Notes under the pieces: generated by a model
Databases searched by the model: none
Seen by the model: the letters and a program-made list of their open reading frames with translations, nothing else
What the model was told of the DNA's origin: nothing
NCBI GenBank assembly: GCA_002104905.1
Contig: MCFE01000512.1
Span: 267-64,266 of the forward strand
From: Basidiobolus meristosporus CBS 931.73
Lineage: Eukaryota; Fungi; Basidiobolomycota
Length of the DNA: 64,000 nucleotides
Reading direction: 5' to 3'
Translations under genes and position numbers: made by a program
Part shown: positions 24,586 through 36,039 of the stretch, piece after piece
Position numbering within the stretch: position 1 is the first letter of the stretch
Layout: the number at the start of each line of letters is the position of its first letter

Positions 24586-25140
24586 ATGCAGCTTACTCTC
24601 GCTTTGTTTGCTTTGTACTTTGCTTCTATTCATGCATTACCCGCCACAGAAGATACCTCTTCTCAGGTTAGCAACGACAACAACTTGTGCGGCGAGCAAA
24701 TAAGTCCTTGCTACCAAGAAACTCAATCGCCTGCATATGACTATCAGCAGGAACAGGATGAGGGTGATAGCTATATGGATGAGAATGAGGGCGAAGATGA
24801 AGGAGAAGGTGTGGACTCAATGGATGGCACTACAACTCAGCCAGAGTCATCCTACAACATGCCCAGCTTCAGTATAGCCGATATGCAACCAAGACAGGCC
24901 TTGTTGGACAGAGTGGACGCTCATTCATCCAGTGATGCTGATGCTCTGTCGAACTCTAATCAGTTTGACCAAGCGCAGGTTATCGACCAAACCCTCTATC
25001 AGCCTAAGCAGCAACAGCCCCAAATCATCATCACTCAGCCAGCCACCCGAAGCTATGGTGGAGGCCAGAAGAAGTACAAGAGGTCGGCACATAAGTACTT
25101 CAAGATCAGATATTTCAGTGGGAACAGATACATTGAATAA
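24586..25140 (+). CDS. Family A secreted protein (A5, 184 aa)
   Basis: Intact paralogue of A2. Confidence 0.9.
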   Translation: MQLTLALFALYFASIHALPATEDTSSQVSNDNNLCGEQISPCYQETQSPAYDYQQEQDEGDSYMDENEGEDEGEGVDSMDGTTTQPESSYNMPSFSIADMQPRQALLDRVDAHSSSDADALSNSNQFDQAQVIDQTLYQPKQQQPQIIITQPATRSYGGGQKKYKRSAHKYFKIRYFSGNRYIE

Positions 25141-25487
25141 ATAAACATGTCATTTGGCCGCCTAATATTAATATGAAACATCATCAACCGTGATTCGTGA
25201 ATTACCACACCAAAGCTGAAATTTTATCAAAAGCATATGCGTATATATTGGTGTATTTATCAGTGTATTTATCAGTGTATTTATCGTGCTGTAACCATAT
25301 AAACTACGCGATATCAATGCGATTGAGCCGATGATGGTAGAGCAAATACTGCTTTTCAATCTGACAAAGTGTGAGTTCATCAAAGTTAACTAACTATTGT
25401 TGCCATCAGTGTTGTAACCGTGTTATAATGGTTCCCCTGCTATATATTCCCGAGGGAATTCAGCAATGTACCCAGTAGTTCTCAAAG

Positions 25488-26006
25488 ATGCGTACATTCA
25501 TTGTATCATTGATCTTGGGCCTTGCCTCTCTTCAAGCCACCATTGCTGCTCCAGTCCCATGCTCCGAATCATGTAATCGTGAGCATAGAAGAGTCCGTTA
25601 TCGCAGGTATTCATGCTCGGACCAAGCAAGCAACTGCTACCAGCAAGTCCAGGTTCAGCCCACTGTTGAAACGCCAAACGTCCAAGTGCCATTGTTGCGT
25701 CAGGTGTTCACCACCGTGACCAGAAAGCATGACAATCTGAACACTGCCAACGCCAACAGTGACAAGAGTCTCGATGTTCAGTTTCAAGCAGGCCCTAGCC
25801 TCGAGGTAGAGGGCTCAGCCAGCGCATCCGAGCACGCCAAACAGAAGAGTGCTGAACACTCAGAAGATGGCTCTGGTTACCCCATTGTTATAGGTCAGCC
25901 TGCACAAGATGAGACATACTCCACACCAGTAGTGGACACCCAATGCATCGAAGGGTGCTCTGACCAAGATACACAGTACACTGAGCCCATGGAAGATGCT
26001 CAATGA
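25488..26006 (+). CDS. Family B secreted protein (B5, 172 aa, one 20-aa repeat lost)
   Basis: Same layout as other B copies but exactly 60 nt shorter in the C-terminal repeat region. Confidence 0.88.
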   Translation: MRTFIVSLILGLASLQATIAAPVPCSESCNREHRRVRYRRYSCSDQASNCYQQVQVQPTVETPNVQVPLLRQVFTTVTRKHDNLNTANANSDKSLDVQFQAGPSLEVEGSASASEHAKQKSAEHSEDGSGYPIVIGQPAQDETYSTPVVDTQCIEGCSDQDTQYTEPMEDAQ

Positions 26007-26317
26007 ACCAACGACTGCACTTGAGCCCAAATCCAATAAAGCACCATTATTCATTTTATTTTTCGTCTCATATGTGATAGCAGAGATATAGCCATTAACA
26101 GCATGGGAACAAGAGCGTTTGACAAACTCAACACCACGCCAATCTCCATATTTCCCTCTGATGACCCGAAGTCCAGCCACCAATTGAGGAGAGGGGTAAG
26201 AAACTGGTAAAGCTTGGCTATGCACGTCTTTAAGTCCTGCTTGGAGGTAGTGGGTGGCTCATTTAATAAGCTCAACGAGGGCTTAGTCAATATGGAGATC
26301 GGACATCCTAGAGTGTG

Positions 26318-26625
26318 GCTGACCGTCATCGTCACTCAAGTCTTGGTCTTCATCCTCGTGGGGAGTAAATGGTTACACATATGTCGACGTAGATGGTTGG
26401 AAAGTGCCTGAGCATTCTGTGCGGAGTTAGCTTAAACATTGTCCAACAACGATAGGTGACTGGGAACTCTAGCTGATAATCTGTCGGTGCATATGGAATC
26501 GATGGTTCAGTCTCATAGTCCACTTGGACACCCAGGTCTACTTATTGATTGCCATATGTAGCAATGGGCGATGCATTGGATACACCGGATAGGAATACCA
26601 ATGTTGGACAAAATGCGTGGATAAA
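26318..26625 (-). pseudogene. Family C-prime pseudogene
   Basis: C-like sequence with TAA at GNQ*VD (~26543) and deletions. Confidence 0.8.
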
Positions 26626-27117
26626 ATGCGGAAATAAGGTTGCATATTGGCACTTAGTTACACACTGGAATACAAAAAGTTGCTTTTGTTTTTATCAACA
26701 ATCATCAGCAGCCAAAGCTCAGTTGATAGCTATTCTATGTGGCCAATCATCAATAAAAACAATCCACAGCCAATTGAACCTATGTATCATCGATCTACGT
26801 ATTTCATTACCTATACCATCATCCATTTATTGCTATCCACGATTGCTCACCACTATTTCATTTTAGTAGTTTGTTCAATATTGCTCGCAAATTGTAGGGT
26901 ACAAAACCACACTATTGTTTAAGGGTTCATTGCCAGAATGTTCATGATGCTCATTCCACTCATCCCAGTGGTCACGTCTCCGCTGTTTCTTCCGGATATC
27001 AATTGTTATAATCTTGTTTGTAGAAGAAATGTGGGTGTTTTATAGCTTGCAGAAATAGCGATTATATGATGGGATTTATTATGAATGCCAAACTAGTGTT
27101 TACATGATCTGATTGAA

Positions 27118-27552
27118 TCAAGAGCTGCCTCTGTATCCACGTCTACGGTAGCGTCGTTGACAACGTTTGCATGATGGCTGATCGTCGTCGTCACTCGAGT
27201 CTTGAGTGTCATCCTCGTCGGGAGTAAACGGTTGCACATATGTCGGTGCAGATGGTTGGTACAATGTTTGATCTACTTGCTGCACTTGCTCAAACTGATT
27301 CTGGTTGGAAAGTGCCTGAGCGTTCTGTGCAGAGTTCGTCTGAGCGTTGTTCAACAATGGATAGGCGTTTGGGGACTCTAGTTGATAGTATGTTGGTGCA
27401 TATGACACTAATGGTTCATTGTCGGTGTTGCCACCAAAGTCCACCGGGATGCCCTGGTCTATTTGCTGGTTGTCATACGTTGCGATGGGTGATGCATAAG
27501 ATACACCAAATAGGAATACAAAGGCGGATAGGATGCGGAAAGTGCGTTGCAT
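27118..27552 (-). CDS. Family C secreted protein (C5)
   Basis: Intact paralogue ending RRGYRGSS, like C3. Confidence 0.88.
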   Translation of the reverse strand: MQRTFRILSAFVFLFGVSYASPIATYDNQQIDQGIPVDFGGNTDNEPLVSYAPTYYQLESPNAYPLLNNAQTNSAQNAQALSNQNQFEQVQQVDQTLYQPSAPTYVQPFTPDEDDTQDSSDDDDQPSCKRCQRRYRRRGYRGSS

Positions 27553-27820
27553 GTTGGCGCTTGATGGCACACTGGAAGGTAAACAGTTGCATTTATGTAT
27601 GGTTTGCTAGATTCATCAGCGATCATCAGCAACCAAACCCCGTTTACTAAATTATGAAGCAAAGGTGAGTAAAGTTAATCACCATTTCACTTTCATTGCA
27701 ATGATCAGTGAATAAGAGTTGATTAACACCGTAATTCAGGCGACCAATCACTTCAGTACATCAAGAAAAATAAATCAACATTTCTCTTCAATTCTGGGCG
27801 TGCTATACCACTTTGGTATG

Positions 27821-28196
27821 ACAGGACGAGGGTGATCGCTATATGGATGAGAATGAGGGCGAAGGTGAGGACTCGATGGATGACACTTCAACTCAGCCAG
27901 AGTCATCCTACGACATGCCAAACTTCAATATAGCCGACATGCAACCAAGACAAGCCCTATTGGACAGAGTGAACGCTCACTCATCCAGTGATGCTGATGC
28001 CCTGTCGAACTCTAATCAGTTTGACCAAGCGCAGGTAGTCGATCAAACCTTCTATCAGCCTAAGCAGCAACAGCCACGGATCATCATTACCCAGCCAGCC
28101 ACCCGTAGCTATGGTGGAGGCCAGAAGAAGTACAAGAGGTCGGCACATAAGTACTTCAAGATCAGATATTTCAGTGGGAATCGATACATTGAATAA
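27821..28196 (+). pseudogene. Family A, 5'-truncated with open 117-aa frame (A6)
   Basis: Same deletion junction as A4. Confidence 0.75.
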
Positions 28197-28540
28197 ATAA
28201 ACATGTCATTTGGCCACCCTATATTAATATGAAACATCATCAGCCGTGGTTCGTGAATTACCACACTACTGCTGAAATATCAAAAGCATATGCGTATATA
28301 TTAGGGTATATATTGGTGTATTTATCAGTGTATTTATCGTACTGTAACCATAGAAACTACGCGATATCAATGCGATTGAGCCGATGATGGTAGAGCGAAT
28401 GCTGCTTTTCAATCTGACAAGGTGTGAGTTCATCAAAGTTAACTAACTATGGCTACCATCAGTGTTGTAACCATGTTATACTGGTTCCCATGCTATATAT
28501 TCCTGAGTGTAATTAGCAATGTGCTCAGTAGTTCTCAAAG

Positions 28541-29119
28541 ATGCGTGCATTCATTTTATCATTGATCTTGGGCCTTGCCTCTCTTCAAGCCACCATTGCT
28601 GCTCCAGTCCCATGCTCCGAATCATGTAATCGTGAGCATAGAAGAGTACGTTATCGCAGGTATTCATGCTCGGACCAAGCAAGCAACTGCTACCAGCAAG
28701 TGCAGGTTCAGCCCACTGTTGAAACGCCAAACGTCCAAGTGCCACTGTTGCGTCAGGTGTTCACCACCGTGACCAGAAAGCATGACAATCTGAACACTGC
28801 CAACGCCAACAGTGACAAGAGTCTCGATGTTCAGTTTCAAGCAGGCCCTAGCCTGGAAGTAGAGGGTTCAGCCAGCGCATCCGAGTACGCCAAACAGAAG
28901 GGTGCTGAACACTCAGACGATGGCTCTGGTTACCCCATTGTTATGGTTCAGCCTGCGCAAGATGAGACATACTCCACACCAGTAGTGGACACCCAATGCA
29001 TCGAAGGATGCTCTGACCAAGATACACAGTACACTGAGCCCATGGAAGATGTTCAATGTGACGATAACTGTGCTGATCAGGACTCACAGTATTCTGAGCC
29101 CATGGAAGACACTCAATGA
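28541..29119 (+). CDS. Family B secreted protein (B6, 192 aa)
   Basis: Intact paralogue. Confidence 0.9.
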   Translation: MRAFILSLILGLASLQATIAAPVPCSESCNREHRRVRYRRYSCSDQASNCYQQVQVQPTVETPNVQVPLLRQVFTTVTRKHDNLNTANANSDKSLDVQFQAGPSLEVEGSASASEYAKQKGAEHSDDGSGYPIVMVQPAQDETYSTPVVDTQCIEGCSDQDTQYTEPMEDVQCDDNCADQDSQYSEPMEDTQ

Positions 29120-29694
29120 CCCCACGACTGCACTTAAGCCCAAATCCAATAAAGTTCCATTATTTTTCGCCTCATATGTGATAGCAGAAATATAGCCGTT
29201 ATCAGCATGGGAGCAAGGGCGTTTGTCAAACTCAACACCACGCTAATTTCCATACTTCCCTCTGATGACCCGAAGTCCAGCTACCAACTCAGGAGAAGAG
29301 TAAGAAGCTGGTAAGGCTTGGCTATGCACGTGTTTAAGTACTGCTCGGAGGTAGTAGATGACATATTTAATAAGCTCAACCCGGGCCTAGTCAATATGGA
29401 GATAGGGCATCCTAGAGTGTATCGCTATCTCAAGAAGTCCAACTATTACTCACTACCATTGCCAGAAAACATAGTATCCTGAGCGCACATATAACATGCA
29501 CAACAGACGAGTGATTCTTATTATAAATGAGAAAATTAGCGCTTGATCGGCTCTTTCCCTTACTACAATCTCTGTTGATACTCGCCATTATTCCACCCAT
29601 CCTTGTGGGCACATCTCTCGTGTATCTTTTTTTCCTAGTGTTTATATTTGAAAGCTTGTTTACAGAAGAATTGGGTGTACTTGGTAGCCTTAGG

Positions 29695-30058
29695 TAGCTG
29701 TTTACACGATGGCTGATCGTCGTCGTCACTCGAGTCTTGGTCTTCATCCTCGTCGGGAGTAATTGATTGCACATATGTCGATGCAGATGATTGGTACAAT
29801 GTCTGATCTCTTTGCTGCACCTGGCTATACTGATTCTGGTTGGGAAGTGCCTGAGTATTCTGTACGGAATTAGTTTGAATATTGTTCAACAAGGGATGGG
29901 GACTCCAGCTGGTAGTCTGTCGGCGCATATGATATCGATGGTTCAGTCTCATAGTCCACTTGAACACCCAGGTCCACCTATTGGTTGCCATATGTAGCAA
30001 TAGGCGATGCATAGGATACACCGAATAGGAATACCAAGGTGAATAAAATGCGTGGATA
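29695..30058 (-). pseudogene. Family C-prime pseudogene
   Basis: C-like sequence with TAG at GNQ*VD (~29979) plus a frameshift. ORF 29635..30021 reads the 3' half. Confidence 0.85.
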
Positions 30059-30413
30059 AAATTCGGAAATTACGTCGCATATTGGCTCTTGGTTGCTTTT
30101 GTGTTTATCTACGATGTATCATCCATTTATGTAGATTGCCTGCCACTAGTCCATTTTAGTAGCTTATTCATTATTGTTCGCAAATTGGAGAGAACAAAAC
30201 CAAAATGTTTGATGTGAGGAGTCATTGCTCATTCCACACATACCTGTGGTCACGTCTCCTCTGATGTCAGTTGGTTTAATCTTGATTGCAGAAGAAATGT
30301 GTGTGTTGGATAGATTACAGTAGCAGCGATTATTTCATAGGATTAATTATGAATGCCATATACGATAGGATTTATTATGAATGCCAAACTAGTGTTTACA
30401 TGATCCGATTGAG

Positions 30414-30848
30414 TCAAAAGCGGCCTCTGTATTTACGTCTACGGTAGCGTCGTTGACAACGTTTACACGATGGCTGGTCGTCATCGTCACTCGAGTCTTT
30501 ATTGTCATCCTCGTCGGGAGTAATTGATTGCACATATGTCGGCGCAGATGGTTGGTACAATGTCTGATCGACTTGCTGCACCTGCTCGTATTGATTCTGG
30601 TTGGAAAGTGCCTGAGCGTTCTGTGCAGAATTCGTTTGAGCGTTGTCTAGCAATGGATAGGCGTCTGGGGACTCTAGCTGATAGTATGTTGGTGTATATG
30701 ACATTGATGGTTCATTGTCGGCATTGCCACCAAAGTCCACTGGGATGCCCTGGTCTACTTGCTGGTTGTCATACGTTGCAATGGGCGTTGCATAAGATGC
30801 ACCGAATAGGAATACTAAGGCGGATAGAATGCGGAAAGTGCGTTGCAT
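30414..30848 (-). CDS. Family C secreted protein (C6)
   Basis: Intact paralogue ending YRGRF, like C4. Confidence 0.88.
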   Translation of the reverse strand: MQRTFRILSALVFLFGASYATPIATYDNQQVDQGIPVDFGGNADNEPSMSYTPTYYQLESPDAYPLLDNAQTNSAQNAQALSNQNQYEQVQQVDQTLYQPSAPTYVQSITPDEDDNKDSSDDDDQPSCKRCQRRYRRRKYRGRF

Positions 30849-31511
30849 GTTGGCTCTTGATGACACACTGGAAGGCAAACAGTTGCTTTTATGTATGGTT
30901 TGCTAGATTCATCAGCGATCATCAGCAACCAAACCCCGTTTACTAAATTATGAAGCAGAGGGGAGTAAAGTTAATCAGCATTTCACTTTCATTGCAATGA
31001 TCAGTGAATAGGTGTTGATTGAAACCGTAATCTAAGCGACCAATCACTTCAGTACATGAAGAAAAATAAATAAACATTCTTCAATTCTTTTAGAATGACA
31101 TTAGCGGTTGTCAAGAGACAAACCAAAATGACTTGAAGTGAGCACACAGGAATGGCTTCGTTCTTACGTAGTTCTTGATTTCATAGTCGTAGAATGGGAA
31201 CCTGTAGCTATATTAATGCGTATTATGGGATTATGAATGAATTGATATTTTATCAGTCATCATTCGGTAGTATACTGAGCTAGATTTACGATTTAGCATT
31301 AAGCATTGCATCAACCACCACAAGATGATACAGCGCCTCTATCCAAGGGATCTCTATTGCCGCAGATGAACTTCAAGTCGAAACATGAGCCTAGATTTGC
31401 GTTGATTTCAATTTGTAGATTCGTAGGAATGGTGATTACTAAGGATATTAATGTGTATTTGTCACCGCGACTATTAACATATGGCTTTCCAAATGCTCAA
31501 TGATGTAGCTA

Positions 31512-31650
31512 CTTTTTCTTTTGGCCGTCGTTGCTGATTCAATACACTGAGCCCATGGAATATGCTCAGTGCTGTAATGATTGTGCTTAGTAGGACTCAC
31601 CGACTGCGGACTTTACGGACGACACTTAATGTACCGGCAACTGCACTTAA
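31512..31650 (+). pseudogene. Family B-prime short relic
   Basis: Near copy of 24262-24395. Confidence 0.65.
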
Positions 31651-31837
31651 TTCAATGAATCTCGATTATCCATATGAGCCCATATCTTCACAAGTACTTA
31701 GTGGAAAGTCAACCACGGCTGGACATGGCATGTGAATTCATGGCTTCAAGTGAGTCAGATATAGGATGCAGTATAATAGACTACGCCAAATACCACTATA
31801 AAGTGAGCTTACGACTGGTTTTACGCTATTCATCAAA

Positions 31838-32392
31838 ATGCAGCTTACTCTCGCTTTGTTCGCTTTGTACTTTGCATCTATCCATGCATTACCCGCCACA
31901 GAAGATACCTCTTCTCAGGTTAGCAACGACAGCAACTTGTGCGGGGAGCAAGTAAGTCCTTGCTACCAAGAAACTCAATCGCCTGCATACGACTATCAGC
32001 CGGAACAGGACGAGGGTGATAGCTATATGGATGAGAATGAGGGCGAAGATGAAGGCGAAGGTGCAGACTCAATGGATGAAGTTTCAACTCAGCCAGAGTC
32101 ATCCTACAACATGCCCAGCTTCAATATAGCCGATATGCAACCAAGACAGGCCTTGTTGGACAGAGTGAGCGCTCACTCATCCAGTGATGCTGATGCTCTG
32201 TCGAACTCTAATCAGTTTGACCAAGCGCAGGTTGTTGACCAAACCCTCTATCAACCTAAGAGGCAGCAGCCCCAGATCATCATCACTCAGCCAGCCGCCC
32301 GTAGCTATGGTGGAGGCCGGAAGAAGTACAAGAGATCGGCGCATAAGTACTTCAAGTTCAGATATACCAGTGGGAACCAATACATCGATTAA
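31838..32392 (+). CDS. Family A secreted protein (A7, 184 aa)
   Basis: Intact paralogue of A2/A5. Confidence 0.9.
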   Translation: MQLTLALFALYFASIHALPATEDTSSQVSNDSNLCGEQVSPCYQETQSPAYDYQPEQDEGDSYMDENEGEDEGEGADSMDEVSTQPESSYNMPSFNIADMQPRQALLDRVSAHSSSDADALSNSNQFDQAQVVDQTLYQPKRQQPQIIITQPAARSYGGGRKKYKRSAHKYFKFRYTSGNQYID

Positions 32393-32680
32393 ATAAACAT
32401 TTCAATTGACCACCTTATATTAATATGAAACATCATCAGCCGTGATTCGCGAATTACCACACTACAGCTGAAATATCAAAAGCATATGTGTATATGTTGG
32501 TGTATTTATCGTACTGCAATCATGTAAACCACACAATATCAATGCAATTGAGCCGATGATGGTGGAGAGATTGCTAATTTGAGATCTGATCAAAGTTAAC
32601 TAACTATTGCTACCATCAATGTTGTAACCATGCTATATATTCCCGAGGGAATTCAGCAATGAACTCAGTAGTTCTCAAAG

Positions 32681-33020
32681 ATGCGTACATTCATTGATCT
32701 TGGGCCTTGCTTCTCTTCAAGCCATCATTGCTGTTCCAGTCCCATGCTCCAAATCATGCAATCGTGAGCATAGAAGAGTCCGTTATCACAGGTATTCATG
32801 CTCGGACCAAGCAAGCAACTGCTACCAGCAAGTCTGCCAAAGCCAACAGTGACAAGAGTCTCAATGCTCAGTTTCAAGCAGGCCCTAGCCTCGAAGTAGA
32901 AGGCTCAGCCAGTGCATCCGAGTATGCCAAACAGAAGAGTGCTGAACACTCAGAAGATGGCACCAATTACCCTATTGTTATGGCACAGCCTGCACAAGAT
33001 GAGACATACTCCACACCATA
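32681..33020 (+). pseudogene. Family B pseudogene (B7)
   Basis: ATG 32681 followed by a frameshifting deletion in the signal peptide, a central deletion and 3' truncation. Confidence 0.85.
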
Positions 33021-33387
33021 TGGAAATCGGGTCTCTATTCCAAGAAGCTATTATAGAATGCAAGGAGAATTTGGTGCGTGTCAAATCCAGTAATCTGGTC
33101 CTTTTGACTCACACTCATTGGTACCAGCAGAGCGAGAAAATACGAAAGCCCAACTATTGCTCACTACCATTACCAGCACATGACTAATATGCATTCTTAT
33201 TATAATTGTGGAAATTGGTGCCTGATCGGCTCTTTCCATTACTTCAATCTCTGTTGACCACCCATCTTTGTGGTCATGTGACTTTTTCCTGGTGTTAATT
33301 GTCAGAGACTGGTTACATAAATAGGGAAAATGGAGTGATGTTGGTCATATATTACATTATCTTATTTATCACACAATAGTATTAACC

Positions 33388-33650
33388 CTACTCATATCTA
33401 TAGCCATCTCTGTATCTACATCTACAGCAGTGTTGTTGACAACTTTGATTGTTGTTGTCACTTGAGTCTGGAGTAAACAATTGCACAAATGTGGGCATAG
33501 ATGGTTGGTACAATGTTTGATCTACTTGGTGCATCTGGTCATACTGATTCTTGTTGAAATGCGCCTGTGTGTTCTGTGCAGAATATGCCTGAGCATTGTC
33601 TAGCAATGGACAAGCATCTGGGGACTATAGTGGCAGTATGTTGGTGCATA
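33388..33650 (-). pseudogene. Family C pseudogene, 5'-truncated and CpG-decayed (C7)
   Basis: ORF 33388..33606 LDNAQAYSAQNTQAHFNKNQYDQMHQVDQTLYQP. Nearly all CG of intact C copies read TG or CA here. Confidence 0.85.
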
Positions 33651-35329
33651 CAACATAAATGGTTTATTGCTGGCACTCAAGGATTTTGTACCAAAGCACA
33701 AGATAACAAAACACTAGGCAGATTCTGTAACAGCCATGCCAAAGAATATGCATATGTTTATTATGGAGATCTAATGGGAACACTTGCTAAGGTACAGATA
33801 GGTAAAGTGCTCAATCAAAGAATTGGGATATTTAGATGGATTGGATCTGGATCACTTTGTGAAGATCTTGCAATAGCTTCACATCAATTCTGTTAGCTTA
33901 GATTTCAGCCAACCCATCTTGATTTCAGCCAATTCATCCTGATATCTTGGCAGCCTTACAATGCTAATTTTAGTCACTTTTCCTCATGAAGTCTTAACAG
34001 TGTTTTGTAGGTATCTAAGCAGTCTCATCACAGTCTCATCACAGCATCTGGGTGCTTTCCCCATTTCTACATTATAGGAACTCCCATTTCAATGAGAAAT
34101 TTGATGGTGCTCTGATGACTCTTCAGTGGCATTGTTACAGCCTTGTTGCAGAGTCGGAGTTCTTTTCAACTTTCTATGCCATTGGAATTCCTTCTGTTGG
34201 AAACAAACTTATATGTGTACTAAGTGTGCTTCCATAGCCTTATCATAGCCTTGTTACGGTGTTGATATTATTTTAGTTTGATGCCCAAAAATCACTATAT
34301 TCTATAAACTCAACAATATTGCTCAAACTACTCAGCTCCATTATACCCCCACTGTACCAATGGGATACTTGAAGATATAGAAATTTTCCTTTTGTTTACC
34401 CACTCACACCATTATTTATACACATATAGTTTAAATCAAAAATAACTACTGATTCTTCTTAATGCACCTTAGCATATGCTTATACCTGCACAATTAGGAC
34501 ACTTGTATCACACCCACAAGATGGTACTTCATCCAAGTGTTTACAAAGCTCCCATATGCAGCATACTGTTGGTGGCACATTATTTTGGCAAATTAAAGAT
34601 CTGTGATATATCTCACCTGCTCTGTTGGAAACTCTATAAATGTGATGCATGGACTCAAAGTCTGTATGTACTTTGTCAGACTTAACAGAGTATGAATGCA
34701 ATGGGAGAGGACACTCATATGCCCTGTCTTGTGCCTGTAAAGGAGTGGCTCAAGCCTTTATACATGCCCATTACATAGCAGCCATAGATGCAACATGCTG
34801 ACATTGGTGATGAGCATCAGGAGGAACATTGCTACTACACCTACATACAACTCACTATGCTTCAAGTGTGCTGTAGGTAGAAGCTGTCTCAAAGGGGCAA
34901 TAGAATAAAATATATTCCACCCCACCAGTTCTCACATTCAGATCATTGCAAATGCATATGCTTCTTGATTAGTTCCCATATAGGCACAAAAGTCAATAAA
35001 TGCACTGCAGTAATTTGCCAATGCTTTCTATTTTCACCAGGATTCCAGGTGATTGAAGTGGGCACTATTATCTCTTATGCAGTTCTGTGATTACTGCTGG
35101 AGTATTGCTGAATGGCAAATTTGTTGCTTCTGATTGAAAGCCTTTACCCCAGCTGAAGTAATCCTTTTTGTTGTATGAGGTTTGGGACAAACTCCATATT
35201 CTGACTTTTGACAATTAACATGCTAACCATTGGGCATACTAATGCTAATCTCTGTATGTTCTTTTTGAGGAAGCTGTATACTCCAATCATTGTTGTTAAG
35301 AGAAGAATAGTAGATACCTATAATGGAAT

Positions 35330-36026
35330 AGTTGTGCATCAACATTTAAAACTTAGCCAAATTTACTCCGTTTGAAAATCTAGTACCCTAACTGATTTTC
35401 CCTAACCCAAACATAACAAATCTCAGTTACAGTTTATTTTATCCCACCTCAGAATCTATTTTTAGCTATCACACCTGATGTATTTTCAAATGGTCATTAT
35501 GTTATCAACCTATCTGCCAAGCCTTCCCAGGTGATTAGTCATCTGAGATCTATCCAACCACTATGCAGTTGCCAAGACATCAGTTGATTGATGATGTAAT
35601 TTTCATTTATCTTATGCACCTATGAACACCCAAATTGATTTCAATCAATCTAGTCCCTTGGCGCTTACTAATTCAACTAGATCAGAAAAGTATAAATAAA
35701 GTTTACTGAACCTTTTGGTTTAGTGTGTGTCTCAACAAAATTTAGATTCTGTCTCAGAAAACATAAGAATCCAACAATTCTGTTCTAGTTTCTATCCAAG
35801 CCTAGTATATCTAGCAGTCCAAAGAACACCAAGCCTAGCCTGCCTAGCAAACAAATATCATTTTCTTTATAGCCAACCTAGCTATATCCAAGACCAATAT
35901 TAGATCAAAATCTTTCTGCTAACATTTCCGCCACTCTCTGACAATTCTAAGATTCTGCACTTAATTGTCTCTTTGGTTCAGTTAAACCATTCAAGAGTTT
36001 TATTACACTTTCTCTTGGATACAACA
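35330..36026 (+). repeat. 5' LTR
   Basis: (A)GTTG...CAACA with the first base mutated. TATAAATAAA at 35691. About 18 differences from the 3' LTR by hand count (~97% identity). Confidence 0.95.
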
Positions 36027-36039
36027 TTTTTTTTGTTGA
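36027..36039 (+). promoter_or_regulatory. Putative self-priming primer-binding site (Tf1 type)
   Basis: No TGG tRNA-type PBS. TTTTGTTGA (36031-36039) is the reverse complement of TCAACAAAA at 35732-35740, 41 nt downstream of the LTR TATA. Confidence 0.7.

Larger units (their letters stand above)
9425..33650. repeat. Tandem array of A(+)/B(+)/C(-) secreted-protein cassettes, ~3-4.5 kb period
   Basis: Near-identical ORFs and intergenic sequence recur 7 times in fixed order and orientation. A more divergent eighth cassette lies at 1837-2956. Confidence 0.97.

Noticed and set aside
20343-26922. ORFs 20343..20747 and 26647..26922 (LALSYTLEYKKLLL) as a fourth gene family
   Set aside because: They lie over the C-prime promoter and spacer on the opposite strand, have non-ATG starts and different lengths, and are not open in the homologous regions at ~10340 and ~12630.
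11829-30946. Recurrent ORFs MALGRLAFQQW, MPLFKPPLLL, MIAHMSAQMV and MDRRSGTP
   Set aside because: Antisense or alternative-frame shadows of B and C genes. They recur only because the genes are duplicated.
24054-31955. ORFs MHQPPQDDTA and MSPYLHKYLV
   Set aside because: Duplicated intergenic or promoter sequence. Not open in the homologous spacer at ~13950-14700.
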